Counted from the first letter of the stretch, positions 1 through 11,237 are shown. The stretch: 64,000 bases of DNA from Akkermansia muciniphila (GCA_945898055.1 CAMDGV010000011.1:668-64667); one strand, 5' to 3'. Numbers and translations: made by a program. Notes: generated by a model not told the origin, from the letters alone.

Positions 1-23
1 CGGTCGTTACCTGTCGGCGCAGG

Positions 24-55
24 AAAAAGGGCGACCTCCGATTCGGAAGCCGCCC
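24..55 (-). terminator. Rho-independent terminator downstream of gap
   Basis: On the minus strand GGGCGGCTTCCGA / TCGGAGGTCGCCC can form a 13-bp stem (two G-U pairs) followed by TTTTT (plus-strand AAAAA at 24-28). It lies about 40 nt after the gap stop. Confidence 0.7.
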
Positions 56-92
56 TGTGGATTGCAGAGAAATTGACCTGAGGTTGTTCGGA

Positions 93-1154
<1,062 letters not shown>

Positions 1155-1331
1155 TTAATCAGATTCCGTTTTCGGAAAAGGGACTCTACTGGCAAGCAAC
1201 TCTGGGTCAACGGGGATTTAAGCTAGGCCTAAGGAAACCTGGGCGAGGGGAGTCTAACGCGGAGTCGACGCGTCTCTTTGACCTCGTTTTGTACGCTGGT
1301 GAGGAGGTTATTTATGGCTAAACGCCCCTTT

Positions 1332-4300
1332 TTAAGGAACAGACGGTGTAATGAGTCTGTAAAGGCGAGTGGACGTAAGACTCTCAGAAACTGGAACTGA
1401 GATTTCCCGAAGAGGGCCTGAGGGTATCTGGGAGATCGACATCCAAGGCTCCCCGAGAGCCCCAGTTGAAAGGATCGAGTAGCTGCGTCCAACGGTCGCC
1501 GTAAAGTGCAGGAGGAGTCCGTTGCCCGTTGCCCGTTCTGCATTCAAACGGAAGGCACTGCTAGCATCCGAAGGCCTAGTTCCACTCCGAAATTCATCGA
1601 GGTTACTTATTCCATCACCATCGGTATCGATTAATGCATCTGTCGTGTTTTCTGGATTTAACCCATTGGCTCTTTCCCAATCGTCCGGCAGGCCATCCGC
1701 ATCGGCGTCGAGAGTCAGAAATCGATTGAATAATCCAGGGCTTGGGTCGAGTTGGGTGATGAGGGTAGCCCCATCTGGGAACCGTCCGGTCGATGTGGCA
1801 CCTGACTGTTTAAAAAAGTCGATTGAATCAGCAATTCTACCGGATGGAGTAATGAGTTGAAGCGTTTCACCGAGTGAATTAAGTCGAAAGCTAAGCTTGG
1901 TCCCTAGCGCATTTGCCTCGCTCCCGTTTAGTCGAAATTTAGAAAAACCAAAGCCGTCGATAAAATTAAGTGGGCCGATCGGATTATTGGTACTACCGCG
2001 CATGGAAGGGTCGTCTGTCAGTATCCAGTGAGTTAGGTTTACGGGCAGAGCTTCGGCGTTAAAGAGTTCGATAAATTCGTCGGAACTTCCTCCCGTTGAC
2101 TTCCATTCGTTGAGGGTGAGAGAGGAGCCAAGACCGAGAGGAGCGGGATCGGAATTCGCTGTCCCCGGAGTGTTTGTAGCGGAGAGAAACCAGTTGGGAT
2201 GGAGGCGGATCAGAGAGCGATTAGTGATTTGTTGACCGTAGTCTAGGCGGTCGATGAGTCGACCGAGAGTGTCGAAGAGTGAAAGTACCGCACCGTGATC
2301 GGGTAGGGGTATTGGCACAACAAGGGAGCTTTGATCGGCATTCAAGTGGGTTGGAATAGCACCGCAGAAAATGAGTGCCCGCTCGCGAGGCGCGAGTCTT
2401 CGGCCGCTCCCCAGGGGAAGGCGTATTGGAGGCGAATCGGGGGCATTCACTTCGAGTCGACAGTCGCTTAAGCTAATCGGTTGCGTGGAGACATTTTCGA
2501 CCTCCACCCAGTCAGGTGTCGTCCGAGCGGCTACTTCGACCAAACGAAGTGACATTCCCAGTTCAGTGGGTCGATTACTGGTGCCAGGTGTCTCGCTTAA
2601 AAACAAGGATTGGAAGGGGCCAGTGTCATCGGGTAGTCGAGCAAGGACTGTCCCAGTGAGTTGTGCAGAGTATTGGATCCGATTAATCTCGGCGGCGGTA
2701 GGGTCGAGTAATGAGAGAATTCCACCGGAGGCTGGAAGAGGAAAATGGAGTTGATTGGCTCCGACGGGGTTGTCTGTTGCGAAAACTAAGAAGCCGTTCG
2801 GGCCGATAAAAAGTGGAGATTCGATTCGAGAGAGGGCGTTGGTTATTTGAAAGGCCCACCCTTCTAGGCCTATGGGCAAGTCACTGGAATTGTGAAGTTC
2901 AATCCAGTCGGGTCCCTTTTCGGGATTACAGACAAATTCATTGATAGCGAGGGCGGTAGAAGGGCCGAAATGAAGGACGGGTTCATTGGCCGACGATGGC
3001 GTTGGTCGACCGAGAGTCCAAATCCCAGTGTCAGCGCGGCCGAGAGTAAATCCCTCAGGAATTTCGGCATACGAAACAAGGTCGACCCGATTCGTAGAAG
3101 CATCGAAGAGAGCGAGCGCTTCCCCAGAGCGATTGAGACGAAAGGGGGCGCGGAGAAGGCCCTCATTAGTCGAGAGAGTGCTGTGAACGCGGAGGAAGGC
3201 ACCGGGAGCGAGTTGGGTTTTATTGGGAAATACAAATTGGCGAGGGTTGGTATCATCGCTTAGAGACCATTGAGCCAAAGAGAGGGAGGTGCTTCCGACG
3301 TTGCGAAGTTCAACCCAATCGGCGGAACCGTTGGATTGGATTTCGTTGAGTTGCACGCTGAGTGGTATGGGAGAGGCATTAGGAGCACCGGGACTGCCAC
3401 CATTGGGACCGGCTTGCCAGTTTGCGGGATCATTTGGATCGGCATCGAGTCGATTATTTTCAAGAGAAGAACCTCCACCATCAGCGGCGGTTGGCCAGTG
3501 AATTGAGTCCCCATAGTGCGTCGAGGCGATTACTTGACCGGCGCGATCGAGGAGGGAGATCTGTTCACCCCCATTCGACAGAGAACCCTCAAACCAGCCG
3601 TTAACGGTTCGATTTGGATAACGATTTAAAAAGGCATTCGTCCGAGAACGATTGGCGAGAAGAAGAAGCTGAGTTGGCTGCAAGAGGGGGGTTAGGGAAG
3701 GAAAGCGGTAGGTGATGCCATTAAACTGAAATCCGGAGAGATCAAGAGGAATAGCCCCAGTATTTTTGAGTTCGATGAATTCATAGGCATCTCCGCCCGG
3801 AGGGTGGTACATAATTTCGCTAAAGCGGATTGGTAGGCCTATTTGAGCCGGAGTGAAGGTAGCCTCGGTCAGTGCGCTCCAATTGGTTCCATTCAGTGAA
3901 CGAGCACGAATGCGAACGGGTTCTGTGAGAGCCAACGCGCGAGAGAAACGACGGGCCTCAGGGACGGTATTCGTTGAGGTGAAAGCCATGCGGGGATCGG
4001 AACCGTTGGTGGTGAACCAAATGGGGCCGACGCGATTAGTCAAAGTGAGTAAAAAACCCGAAGGAACACGCCCGCCGAAGGTGTTCATTACGGGAGCATT
4101 CGAAGAGGCAAGGAATCCGGCCCTTTGGAAGGCCGCCATCAACGGAGTTCGGCGACCAGAAATCCAAGGGGTAATTATATCACGATAACCAGAAATAGAG
4201 GGAGCGAGGCGGGCTTTAAGGGCTCCATAAAGAAGTCGAATTCGCGCATCAGTGAGGGGGCCTTCATTGAAAAAGGCACGATGAATACGATCGGCAAAGT

Positions 4301-7181
4301 GGAGGCGGAATTCGTATGATTTTTTAAGAGAATTAAAGAGCGATTGATAGTCGGCGGTTCCCCAGGGAGGACTGGTCGTGGAGAGAGTGTTGGCGATGGT
4401 GTCGTAGTTGACGGGATGCGATTCGAAGGAGAATTCAGCGTCCCAAGGATAAAAACGGAAACGGCTACCAGCCACTCGTTCGCGTGCGGCACGAGTATTG
4501 TTATGAGGCCAATCGTCGTTATCTGCCCAAATATGGGGGAGCAAGTAGTCGATAAAGTTCTCTAAATCCATGCGTGAAGCCACGTCGAGATAGTTAGCCG
4601 TCGAGGTCAGATCCCGACGACTGGCAGTACGCAGGGCATTCCACGCAACCGCATCGCCTCCCAGCAAAAGATTGCCGGCGCCGATGACATCCCAAAGTTC
4701 GCCCCCACCGTGGTAGGCTTTAAGGAAGTCTTCATTGACCCGTTCGGCTGGGTTGTAGATTCCCTTGTACGCACCATTGAGGAAGACATGGACAAAGGTG
4801 CCATGGCACGCGGTGATCCCAATGCTATCGCAGAGACTTCGAACGAACTCATCTTTCAGCAGAGGATTGGTGTTATCGTTCATTCCCGCCCGAAGATGGA
4901 TGGTGTCAAAGGAGTCGATTTGGGTGCCCGGAAAGAGGGGGATTTCGAGTCGTCCTTGGCCGTATTCGCCACGGAAATAAAGACGGAAGGAGTACTTATT
5001 TTCTGGAGGATTCGAGGCTCGGTAATTGTAGAGGCCGCGAATGTAATCACCACCGGCGATCCTCAATCCGGCATCCGTTTGAAAACCACCGTTATCTTCC
5101 GGACGAATCCATTCCACGGAGACAGGCCGTTCCCAAGCGATGCCGTGGAAAGCTGTATTCCGCGGGTTGTATTCCATAATACCCGTCTTTCCGTAGAGAT
5201 GATTGCTGGCAGTGACTAAGGAAACGACAGGGAGAAGACGTCGGGTGGAGGGGAGATTAAAGAGGTAGGTCTGAGTTTGGATGCGGGAAGGTAGTTTATT
5301 AGGAGCAAACGCGGCTACGCGAAGTGCCCGAGTGGCATTGAGTAGAATTGAATTTGTATAAATAAACCCATTGGTAGCCGATGGGGGACTCCCATTGGTG
5401 GTGTAACGAAGAGTTGCATCGGGCGTGGGGCTGCTGAGCGATAATCGGAAAGGGGAGGCGAAGAAGCCTCGTTCAACACTAAAACGGACTTCACCGCTTT
5501 TGCCTTCGAGAACAGAGGTTCCATTGGCGGAATTTGGGCTAGGTTTAGTGAGAAAGTGGTTGGTCGACTGCTGCCCGGTTAGGACTCGACCGTAGCTAAA
5601 GTTCGGTGATTGCTCAGGAAAATCGAACTGATCCAGAGCGATTCGAGGTAATTCCGGCCCGAGTAACCGAAGACGCCCGCCGTTCGGATTGAGTTTGAAA
5701 GAAGTGTGTGGCCGAAGATTAAAGCCATTGCCAGGTCGATCCTTGCCGGAAGCAAAGACCACCGCGAAGCCACCTGCGGGCAAGGTCAGGGCAGGGAACA
5801 CCCAAGCCTCATCGAATTTGTCATTGGGACTGAGAGCCCAACCTTCCAAAGAAATGGGAATGCCGCCTTGATTATGGACTTCAATCCAATCCTCTAAATC
5901 GGTGTCTTCATCCCGCAACCCTCCCAAATTTTCAGCGAGGATTTCATTGATCACCACCGCGGCCCGCGGTGGATTACGGACGAGGGTGTAGCTCCAAGGG
6001 AGACCGTTAAAGGGTTTTGGATTTACGGTGTCCGAAACGATACCTGTCGTCGGGGGCCAACTTAAAATGGCAACTCCAGGAGGAGTGGGGTTGAAGAAAA
6101 AATGGTAAGGACCCGCGCCAACGCCGATGACCCGCAGGGCGGGTGAGCCATTGAGGAGAAGATCTTTGGCCTCCAGGCCGGTGATCGGTTGATTAAACAG
6201 AACTTCGATTTCTGAGAGATGCCCGAGGACGAGGTCCGGTACAGGAAATCGAGAAATCAGCAAGGGAGCAGAACTATCGATGAGATCGTAGTTCCAAGCA
6301 GAACCGGCGGCGGCGGCATCAAAGCGAAGGGTCGGTTGAGAAAGATCGGTGATGTTATGGAGAGCGCCCCATGTGACGGTGACCGCACCAAAGGGGGGTT
6401 GTGGGAAGGTAAAAGTGTAGATGGAACCGCTGCCCGTCACGGCAGTGGCAGGAGAGCCAGAAACGAGGAAATGGCGAGCGAGAACCCCGACAACTGGTCG
6501 GTTAAATTGAACCGTAATTGAGGTCAGATTAGTAAGAGGATCGGGAGGTGGTGAGTAGGAGAGAATGGACGGGGGGTTGCTGAAATGTTCAGTGGCGACA
6601 AGTTCAGCATCGAAGACGCTATCGCTACTGCCCAGAGCACTATTAAAGAGAAGGATGCTGAGAGTATTAGTGCCGGCGACCAGATAGGAAGTGGCGTTGG
6701 GCAGCGGGTACTCAACAACATCACCAAACTCGAGTGTCGTGGTTGCGAGAGCGGAATGGGTCGCCGCGAGATCAGATTCAGGAGCATTAACGGTCAGAAC
6801 CCGGTGCCCATTGATCCAGACCGCAAGACCGTCGTCAAATTGAGTTCGCAAGCTTAGTGCGCTCAGTTTTGAGGGGGAGAGACTGAGGAAAGTGCGCCGC
6901 AGGAAGACCGTGCTGTAGGCGTTTTGCATATCAGTAAGTTCCGTGCCTCGGCCAGAAAAAGTAGCTTCACCATAGTGGAATGGAGCGACACTCACGGACC
7001 AACTCGCGTCATTAAAACCACTTTGACGCCAAGCGTCAGCCGCCTCCGGTGTGGGGTGGGTTATGCCACGAAAAAAGCGCCAAGAGCTGTTGAGCGGAAA
7101 AATCGAGTTCGCTTGAAGTTCAAGGGTCAGAAGTAGAGTCAAGAGACTACTGCGGAGTAAGAAATTGAGACCGTGGAGCAT
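1332..7181 (-). CDS. Giant secreted CotH-domain protein with multiple lamin-tail-domain (LTD) modules and a C-terminal thrombospondin-type-3-like acidic repeat
   Basis: 1949 aa with an N-terminal signal-like segment (LLLTLELQANS). At least six LTD-like modules are present (INEILAENLGGLRDEDTDLEDWIEVHNQG, YEFIELKNTG, ADWVELRNVG, PDWIELHNSS, PDWVEVENVS, DEFIELFNAE). CotH-type motifs are YSFRLYFRGEYGQGRLEIPLFPG and FVHVFLNGAYKGIYNPAER. The C-terminus has DADADGLPDDWE...DTDGDGISNLDEF. Confidence 0.8.
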   Translation of the reverse strand: MLHGLNFLLRSSLLTLLLTLELQANSIFPLNSSWRFFRGITHPTPEAADAWRQSGFNDASWSVSVAPFHYGEATFSGRGTELTDMQNAYSTVFLRRTFLSLSPSKLSALSLRTQFDDGLAVWINGHRVLTVNAPESDLAATHSALATTTLEFGDVVEYPLPNATSYLVAGTNTLSILLFNSALGSSDSVFDAELVATEHFSNPPSILSYSPPPDPLTNLTSITVQFNRPVVGVLARHFLVSGSPATAVTGSGSIYTFTFPQPPFGAVTVTWGALHNITDLSQPTLRFDAAAAGSAWNYDLIDSSAPLLISRFPVPDLVLGHLSEIEVLFNQPITGLEAKDLLLNGSPALRVIGVGAGPYHFFFNPTPPGVAILSWPPTTGIVSDTVNPKPFNGLPWSYTLVRNPPRAAVVINEILAENLGGLRDEDTDLEDWIEVHNQGGIPISLEGWALSPNDKFDEAWVFPALTLPAGGFAVVFASGKDRPGNGFNLRPHTSFKLNPNGGRLRLLGPELPRIALDQFDFPEQSPNFSYGRVLTGQQSTNHFLTKPSPNSANGTSVLEGKSGEVRFSVERGFFASPFRLSLSSPTPDATLRYTTNGSPPSATNGFIYTNSILLNATRALRVAAFAPNKLPSRIQTQTYLFNLPSTRRLLPVVSLVTASNHLYGKTGIMEYNPRNTAFHGIAWERPVSVEWIRPEDNGGFQTDAGLRIAGGDYIRGLYNYRASNPPENKYSFRLYFRGEYGQGRLEIPLFPGTQIDSFDTIHLRAGMNDNTNPLLKDEFVRSLCDSIGITACHGTFVHVFLNGAYKGIYNPAERVNEDFLKAYHGGGELWDVIGAGNLLLGGDAVAWNALRTASRRDLTSTANYLDVASRMDLENFIDYLLPHIWADNDDWPHNNTRAARERVAGSRFRFYPWDAEFSFESHPVNYDTIANTLSTTSPPWGTADYQSLFNSLKKSYEFRLHFADRIHRAFFNEGPLTDARIRLLYGALKARLAPSISGYRDIITPWISGRRTPLMAAFQRAGFLASSNAPVMNTFGGRVPSGFLLTLTNRVGPIWFTTNGSDPRMAFTSTNTVPEARRFSRALALTEPVRIRARSLNGTNWSALTEATFTPAQIGLPIRFSEIMYHPPGGDAYEFIELKNTGAIPLDLSGFQFNGITYRFPSLTPLLQPTQLLLLANRSRTNAFLNRYPNRTVNGWFEGSLSNGGEQISLLDRAGQVIASTHYGDSIHWPTAADGGGSSLENNRLDADPNDPANWQAGPNGGSPGAPNASPIPLSVQLNEIQSNGSADWVELRNVGSTSLSLAQWSLSDDTNPRQFVFPNKTQLAPGAFLRVHSTLSTNEGLLRAPFRLNRSGEALALFDASTNRVDLVSYAEIPEGFTLGRADTGIWTLGRPTPSSANEPVLHFGPSTALAINEFVCNPEKGPDWIELHNSSDLPIGLEGWAFQITNALSRIESPLFIGPNGFLVFATDNPVGANQLHFPLPASGGILSLLDPTAAEINRIQYSAQLTGTVLARLPDDTGPFQSLFLSETPGTSNRPTELGMSLRLVEVAARTTPDWVEVENVSTQPISLSDCRLEVNAPDSPPIRLPLGSGRRLAPRERALIFCGAIPTHLNADQSSLVVPIPLPDHGAVLSLFDTLGRLIDRLDYGQQITNRSLIRLHPNWFLSATNTPGTANSDPAPLGLGSSLTLNEWKSTGGSSDEFIELFNAEALPVNLTHWILTDDPSMRGSTNNPIGPLNFIDGFGFSKFRLNGSEANALGTKLSFRLNSLGETLQLITPSGRIADSIDFFKQSGATSTGRFPDGATLITQLDPSPGLFNRFLTLDADADGLPDDWERANGLNPENTTDALIDTDGDGISNLDEFRSGTRPSDASSAFRLNAERATGNGLLLHFTATVGRSYSILSTGALGEPWMSISQIPSGPLREISVPVSESLTSTRLYRLITPSVP

Positions 7182-7329
7182 GGAAAGGGCGGAGGAGTGT
7201 CGGTTGATCGACGGGCGTTAAACGCTGACTCATTAGAATATAATCCAGTAAACCCGATAAAATGGATTGAAATTTACAGGAGAAATTTCGACGAAGAGGG
7301 CAATGAGTCGCTCGGTTAGAGTGCCGTTC

Positions 7330-8694
7330 TTAGAGTAACTCTCGGATTGGATGAGTACCGCCTTCGACGAGGTAATGAGGGCGACCATTGGCATCCGTGA
7401 CAGTTGCGGTGTTCACATCGATTCCCAGATTGTGGTAGAGGGTGGCAAAAACCTCAGGGAAAGTGACTGGGCGAGTCTCGACTTCTCCACCAAGGCGATC
7501 TGTGGAACCGATGACTTGACCGCAGGGCATGCCTCCTCCCGCCATCAAGGCCATGGCGACACGCGGCCAATGATCGCGGCCCGCTTGCGAGTTAATTTGA
7601 GGTGTACGCCCGAATTCGCCCCAGACCAGCACTGTAACATCTTTGTCGAGGCCTCTTTGGTGAAGGTCTTCGACAAGAGCCGTGATGGCTTGGTCAAAAA
7701 TAGGAAAATCTTCCCGTTCACGGGAGAAAATGTCGTTGCCGGGTCCACCGTGCCAATCCCACTTGCTGTAGTTAACCGTCACCACCCGAGCTCCGGCTTC
7801 CACCAAACGACGCGCGGCGAGAAAACTTTGAGGGACTCTCGGCGCCCCGTTATCGTCGATGCGCTTCACCGTGTCGCCGGTGCCATAGCGGGCCAGCACA
7901 CGTGGATCTTCTTTGGAGAGATCAAGAGCGTCAGCAAGCTTAGACGAAGTGAGAACGCCCATGGCCTGTTGGCTGAAGGCGTCCATGCCGGCCATCATCC
8001 CAGAGGCATCGGTATCACGGCGGAACCGATCTAGGCTAGACAAGAGGCGGGCGCGGTCGCTGAGACGATCGTAAGTAATTCCCTGCAAGGTAAGATCGCC
8101 ACCTTGAGGACCTAGTGGGCGAAATCCTGAATTGGCCATCCCCAACATTCCTGGCCCCGGCTCATTATAGGGACCATGAGTGCATTCGTAACAAAGACTT
8201 ACAAAAGGCGGGGTGGCTGTATTTACGCCGCCCTTCAGTTTATTTACCACGCTACCGAACTGAGGCCAACCGCCGGGCGGCGCGATCTCAGAAAGCGAGC
8301 GACCCGTAAAGCATTGGGAGGCGTCATGATCACTTTGCGCTCCAACTAGGGAACGGATGAGCACAAACTTATCCATCATCCGAGCCATACGAGGGAAGAG
8401 TTCGCAGATTTCTATGCCGGCTACGTTTGTTCCAATGGGTTTATGTGGTCCTGCAATTTCACTAGGCGCGTTGGGCTTCAGATCAAACATATCTTGATGC
8501 GGCGGGCCTCCGACCAAGTAAATAAGGATGACCGACTTATGCGAAGTCCGAAGGCCTGCCTGCGCTTCCAGAGCCAAAAGTGTGGGTAAAGAAAGGCCAG
8601 CAGCTCCCAAGCCGCCGATCTTCAAAAAATTGCGTCGCGAAACTCCATCACAAAAGGGGTGACTTCGGTCGTTCGGTGCAAGAATTCGTAACAT
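7330..8694 (-). CDS. DUF1501 domain protein (sulfatase-fold, Tat-signal)
   Basis: Twin-arginine signal SRRNFLKIGGLGAAG. Overall composition and the C-terminal GRDHW motif are typical of the PVC DUF1501 family. 454 aa. Confidence 0.88.
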   Translation of the reverse strand: MLRILAPNDRSHPFCDGVSRRNFLKIGGLGAAGLSLPTLLALEAQAGLRTSHKSVILIYLVGGPPHQDMFDLKPNAPSEIAGPHKPIGTNVAGIEICELFPRMARMMDKFVLIRSLVGAQSDHDASQCFTGRSLSEIAPPGGWPQFGSVVNKLKGGVNTATPPFVSLCYECTHGPYNEPGPGMLGMANSGFRPLGPQGGDLTLQGITYDRLSDRARLLSSLDRFRRDTDASGMMAGMDAFSQQAMGVLTSSKLADALDLSKEDPRVLARYGTGDTVKRIDDNGAPRVPQSFLAARRLVEAGARVVTVNYSKWDWHGGPGNDIFSREREDFPIFDQAITALVEDLHQRGLDKDVTVLVWGEFGRTPQINSQAGRDHWPRVAMALMAGGGMPCGQVIGSTDRLGGEVETRPVTFPEVFATLYHNLGIDVNTATVTDANGRPHYLVEGGTHPIRELL

Positions 8695-8876
8695 GAGCTG
8701 GGGGTAACCAATTCTAGATTAAAAATAGCGAGGAGGGTTATTGTTTTCAACAGTTGCTCGGGAAAGGTCAAATGTCGACTCCCATTTGGTTTAACGCCCA
8801 TCGGGCCGTTCAGGTTTGCCAAGCTCAGTCTGAACAACGCGGGCTTGGCTAGGGGTGGGTTTTTGCGCATGAAATT

Positions 8877-9290
8877 TCATCGGGCGACTCGACGTGTAAC
8901 GAGACGGATCGCCTTCCAGGGATCGAACTGATTCTCTTCAGTCCAGTCCCTGGAAGTGGCTTCGCGCGTGGCCCGGCCCCTGGACCAGACCTGCTTGAAG
9001 GCCTTGGAAAGACGCCGAAAGATCCCCAAGACACAAGCCGTGTTGGGTTGTCGCACTCGGCTTTCATCCTCGCGCTGGGTTATGTCCAATTGGTAGGAAT
9101 TTGCTTTTTGAGGCGGAGTTTAAGAAGCCGATGATTGGCTCTCTGCAGAACGCGGCGCATTTCAGCCAAATTGGATTCTACAGCGTTGAGTTTCTCGAAG
9201 TGGGACTTTGAGCGTGCGTCGATGATCTGGGCCAGGGTGGTCTAATCGGTTCCAGGTAGCCCGAAGAAGATGCGAGACTAGATGCGGTCG
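8877..9290 (-). pseudogene. Decayed rarA/mgsA-like AAA+ ATPase fragment
   Basis: The minus-strand reading gives IFFGLPGTD*TTLAQIIDARSKSHFEKLNAVESNLAEMRRVLQRA, a Walker A (GPPGTGKTTLA) region broken by a stop. After a frame change it gives VLGIFRRLSKAFKQ (compare ILFIDEIHRFNKAQQD) and TEENQFDPWKAIRLVTR (compare TTENPSFELNSALLSR). The segment is GC-rich relative to its flanks. Confidence 0.55.
9094..9118 (+). repeat. Island-boundary repeat, copy A
   Basis: TAGGAATTTGCTTTTTGAGGCGGAG matches the plus-orientation core of copies B-F (ATAGGAAATTGCTTTTTGACGTGGAG). Confidence 0.6.
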
Positions 9291-9293
9291 ACA

Positions 9294-9962
9294 TCAATGG
9301 CGCGGCGGAGCAGGAGACCCGGGGCCAGAAGATGCCGCCGGCCAGCCTAGGGTGGCACGAGCCCGCTGCACCACGCCAAAGAAGCGTTCCCGCAGGTCGG
9401 CAAAATTGTCCGTGGTTTCGAAATAAATCGGTGCGCTCTGGGCCGTGTGGATAAAATCACTTGGCAGGATCTTATCGGCAAAACGGATCTTCAAACACCA
9501 GCCCTTCAACCTATTTTGATCGCCAGTGCCGTGCTTGACGTGGGGATCGAAGTAAAGCTCCGTGCCCACGGCGTCGCCCAACCATTACAATGAGCGGAGT
9601 TTGAGGCCACTGTTGTCGAGGCGACCCAGCAGCAACTTGTAGCTCCCCGCCCGGGTATCGTCGGGGACGATCTCGATGATTTCGAAGCCGTAGTAGACCC
9701 GAAGTTGCTGGTGTTCCTCATCGTGGTAGACGGTGAGCAGGGGATTGCGCTGATCGGCGCCGAGGATCAATTGACCGGAGGGCGGCAGGGGTGCCGAGCG
9801 GGCTGATTTCGACGCCAAATGGCGATCCGAAGCGGCAGTCTGAATCGAAATCACCGGCTCGGTCGGTGCCACCAGCGGGGGGTGGCACCGCAGCGACCAG
9901 CCCGGGAAACAAGTCGCTACTTTCGTCGTCTGGCATTCGTCACGGTAAGTCTGCCTACGCAA
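9294..9962 (-). pseudogene. Unknown-function reading frame interrupted by an in-frame TAA
   Basis: ORFs 9585..9962 and 9294..9581 are in the same frame and are separated only by the TAA at 9585-9587 (reverse complement). The continuous reading is ...GRLDNSGLKLRSL*WLGDAVGTELYFDPHVKHG... I do not recognise the family. The segment is GC-rich. Confidence 0.4.
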
Positions 9963-10226
9963 AAATCGCTCAAAGCTCAGGGATTTGAACTCGCATCTGA
10001 TTCCTAGGCTTTACCCCCATTCTTCTGAGATCTGAGGTTGAGTGAGTTCAGATTAAATCGGCAAAATGAGCAAACGCTTCGGGAATGGAAACGACTCGAG
10101 ATCACAATCGTAGGCGTTCAAACCGGGTAAAGACCCCTGCCTTTTGATTTCGATCACTCGTAACTGAGCCAATCAGAGGGCAGAACCAGAGTTGTTCTCT
10201 GACCTAACTCAGGCCAACATCCGTCT

Positions 10227-11237
10227 ATGGAGTCCAATTGGAAACCACTGAACCGCCCTAGACGTCTTCGCCAAACGCAGGCTCTTCGTGACCTAAATCG
10301 AGAAGTTCGACTCAATCCCTCCGATCTCATCGCTCCTCTCTTCGTGACCCTTGGCGACAACCCTCCCGAACCCGTCGCCTCGATGCCGGGGGTCTTTCGA
10401 CTTTCTATGGATGATCTTCTCCGAGAATGCCGTGAACTTGCCGGATTGGGGATCCGCGGCGTCGCTTTATTTCCGGTCATTCCTCCGGCCCTAAAAACTC
10501 CCAATGGCTCAGAAGCTTTAAATCCAAAGGGATTTATTCTACAGGTCATTCGAGCCGTCAAAGATGCTGTGCCTGAATTGGTGGTCTTTACGGATATAGC
10601 CTTAGACCCGTACACAACTCATGGTCATGACGGCGTTTTGAATAGCCAAGGGACTGATGTGGACAACGACAGTACCGTAGAGATTTTACGTCAACAGGCG
10701 GTACTTCATGCTTCGGCTGGCGCAGATTTTGTCGCTCCCAGCGATATGATGGATGGTCGGGTGAAAGCGATTCGGTTAGCCTTGGACGCCGCCGGATTTG
10801 TCAATACAGGAATTCTTGCCTACAGCGCCAAATTTGCCTCAGCTTACTATGGACCTTTCCGCGAAGCCGTGGGCAGCGCTCAGGCAGCGGGCACCCGTAA
10901 ACTTGATAAGCGAACCTATCAACTCGACCCTGCCAATCCGCGTGCGGCCATTGCTGATGCCCTTCTAGACGAACACGAAGGTGCAGATGCCCTCATGGTT
11001 AAACCAGCTGGCCCTTATTTAGATATTCTAGCCTCCCTCCGACGGGAGACTCTCCTTCCCCTTGCCGCTTATCAGGTGAGTGGCGAATACGCCCAAATCC
11101 ACGCAGCAGCCCGCGCCGGGTGGCTTGATCTCGAAGCAACCCGCAACGAAAGCCTACTAGCCATCAAACGTGCTGGAGCCGATTGGATCCTGACTTACTT
11201 TGCCCGCGATATGGCCCTTGCCCTCCGGCAGCACTGA
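10227..11237 (+). CDS. hemB: Porphobilinogen synthase (delta-aminolevulinate dehydratase)
   Basis: RPRRLRQTQALRDLNREVRLNPSDLIAPLFV N-terminus. Active-site regions are SDMMDGRV and MVKPAGPYLDI. 336 aa. Confidence 0.95.
   Translation: MESNWKPLNRPRRLRQTQALRDLNREVRLNPSDLIAPLFVTLGDNPPEPVASMPGVFRLSMDDLLRECRELAGLGIRGVALFPVIPPALKTPNGSEALNPKGFILQVIRAVKDAVPELVVFTDIALDPYTTHGHDGVLNSQGTDVDNDSTVEILRQQAVLHASAGADFVAPSDMMDGRVKAIRLALDAAGFVNTGILAYSAKFASAYYGPFREAVGSAQAAGTRKLDKRTYQLDPANPRAAIADALLDEHEGADALMVKPAGPYLDILASLRRETLLPLAAYQVSGEYAQIHAAARAGWLDLEATRNESLLAIKRAGADWILTYFARDMALALRQH

Noticed and set aside
9966-10010. A tRNA-like stretch: the minus strand reads GAGTTCAAATCCCTGAGCTTTGAGCG, which looks like a T-loop plus the 3-prime acceptor strand. 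This suggested a tRNA or an att-site remnant.
   Set aside because: The 5-prime half of the T-stem does not pair (GCGAG against CCCTG). No D-arm, anticodon arm or 5-prime acceptor strand follows. No intact tRNA lies where an island-duplicated att site would require one.
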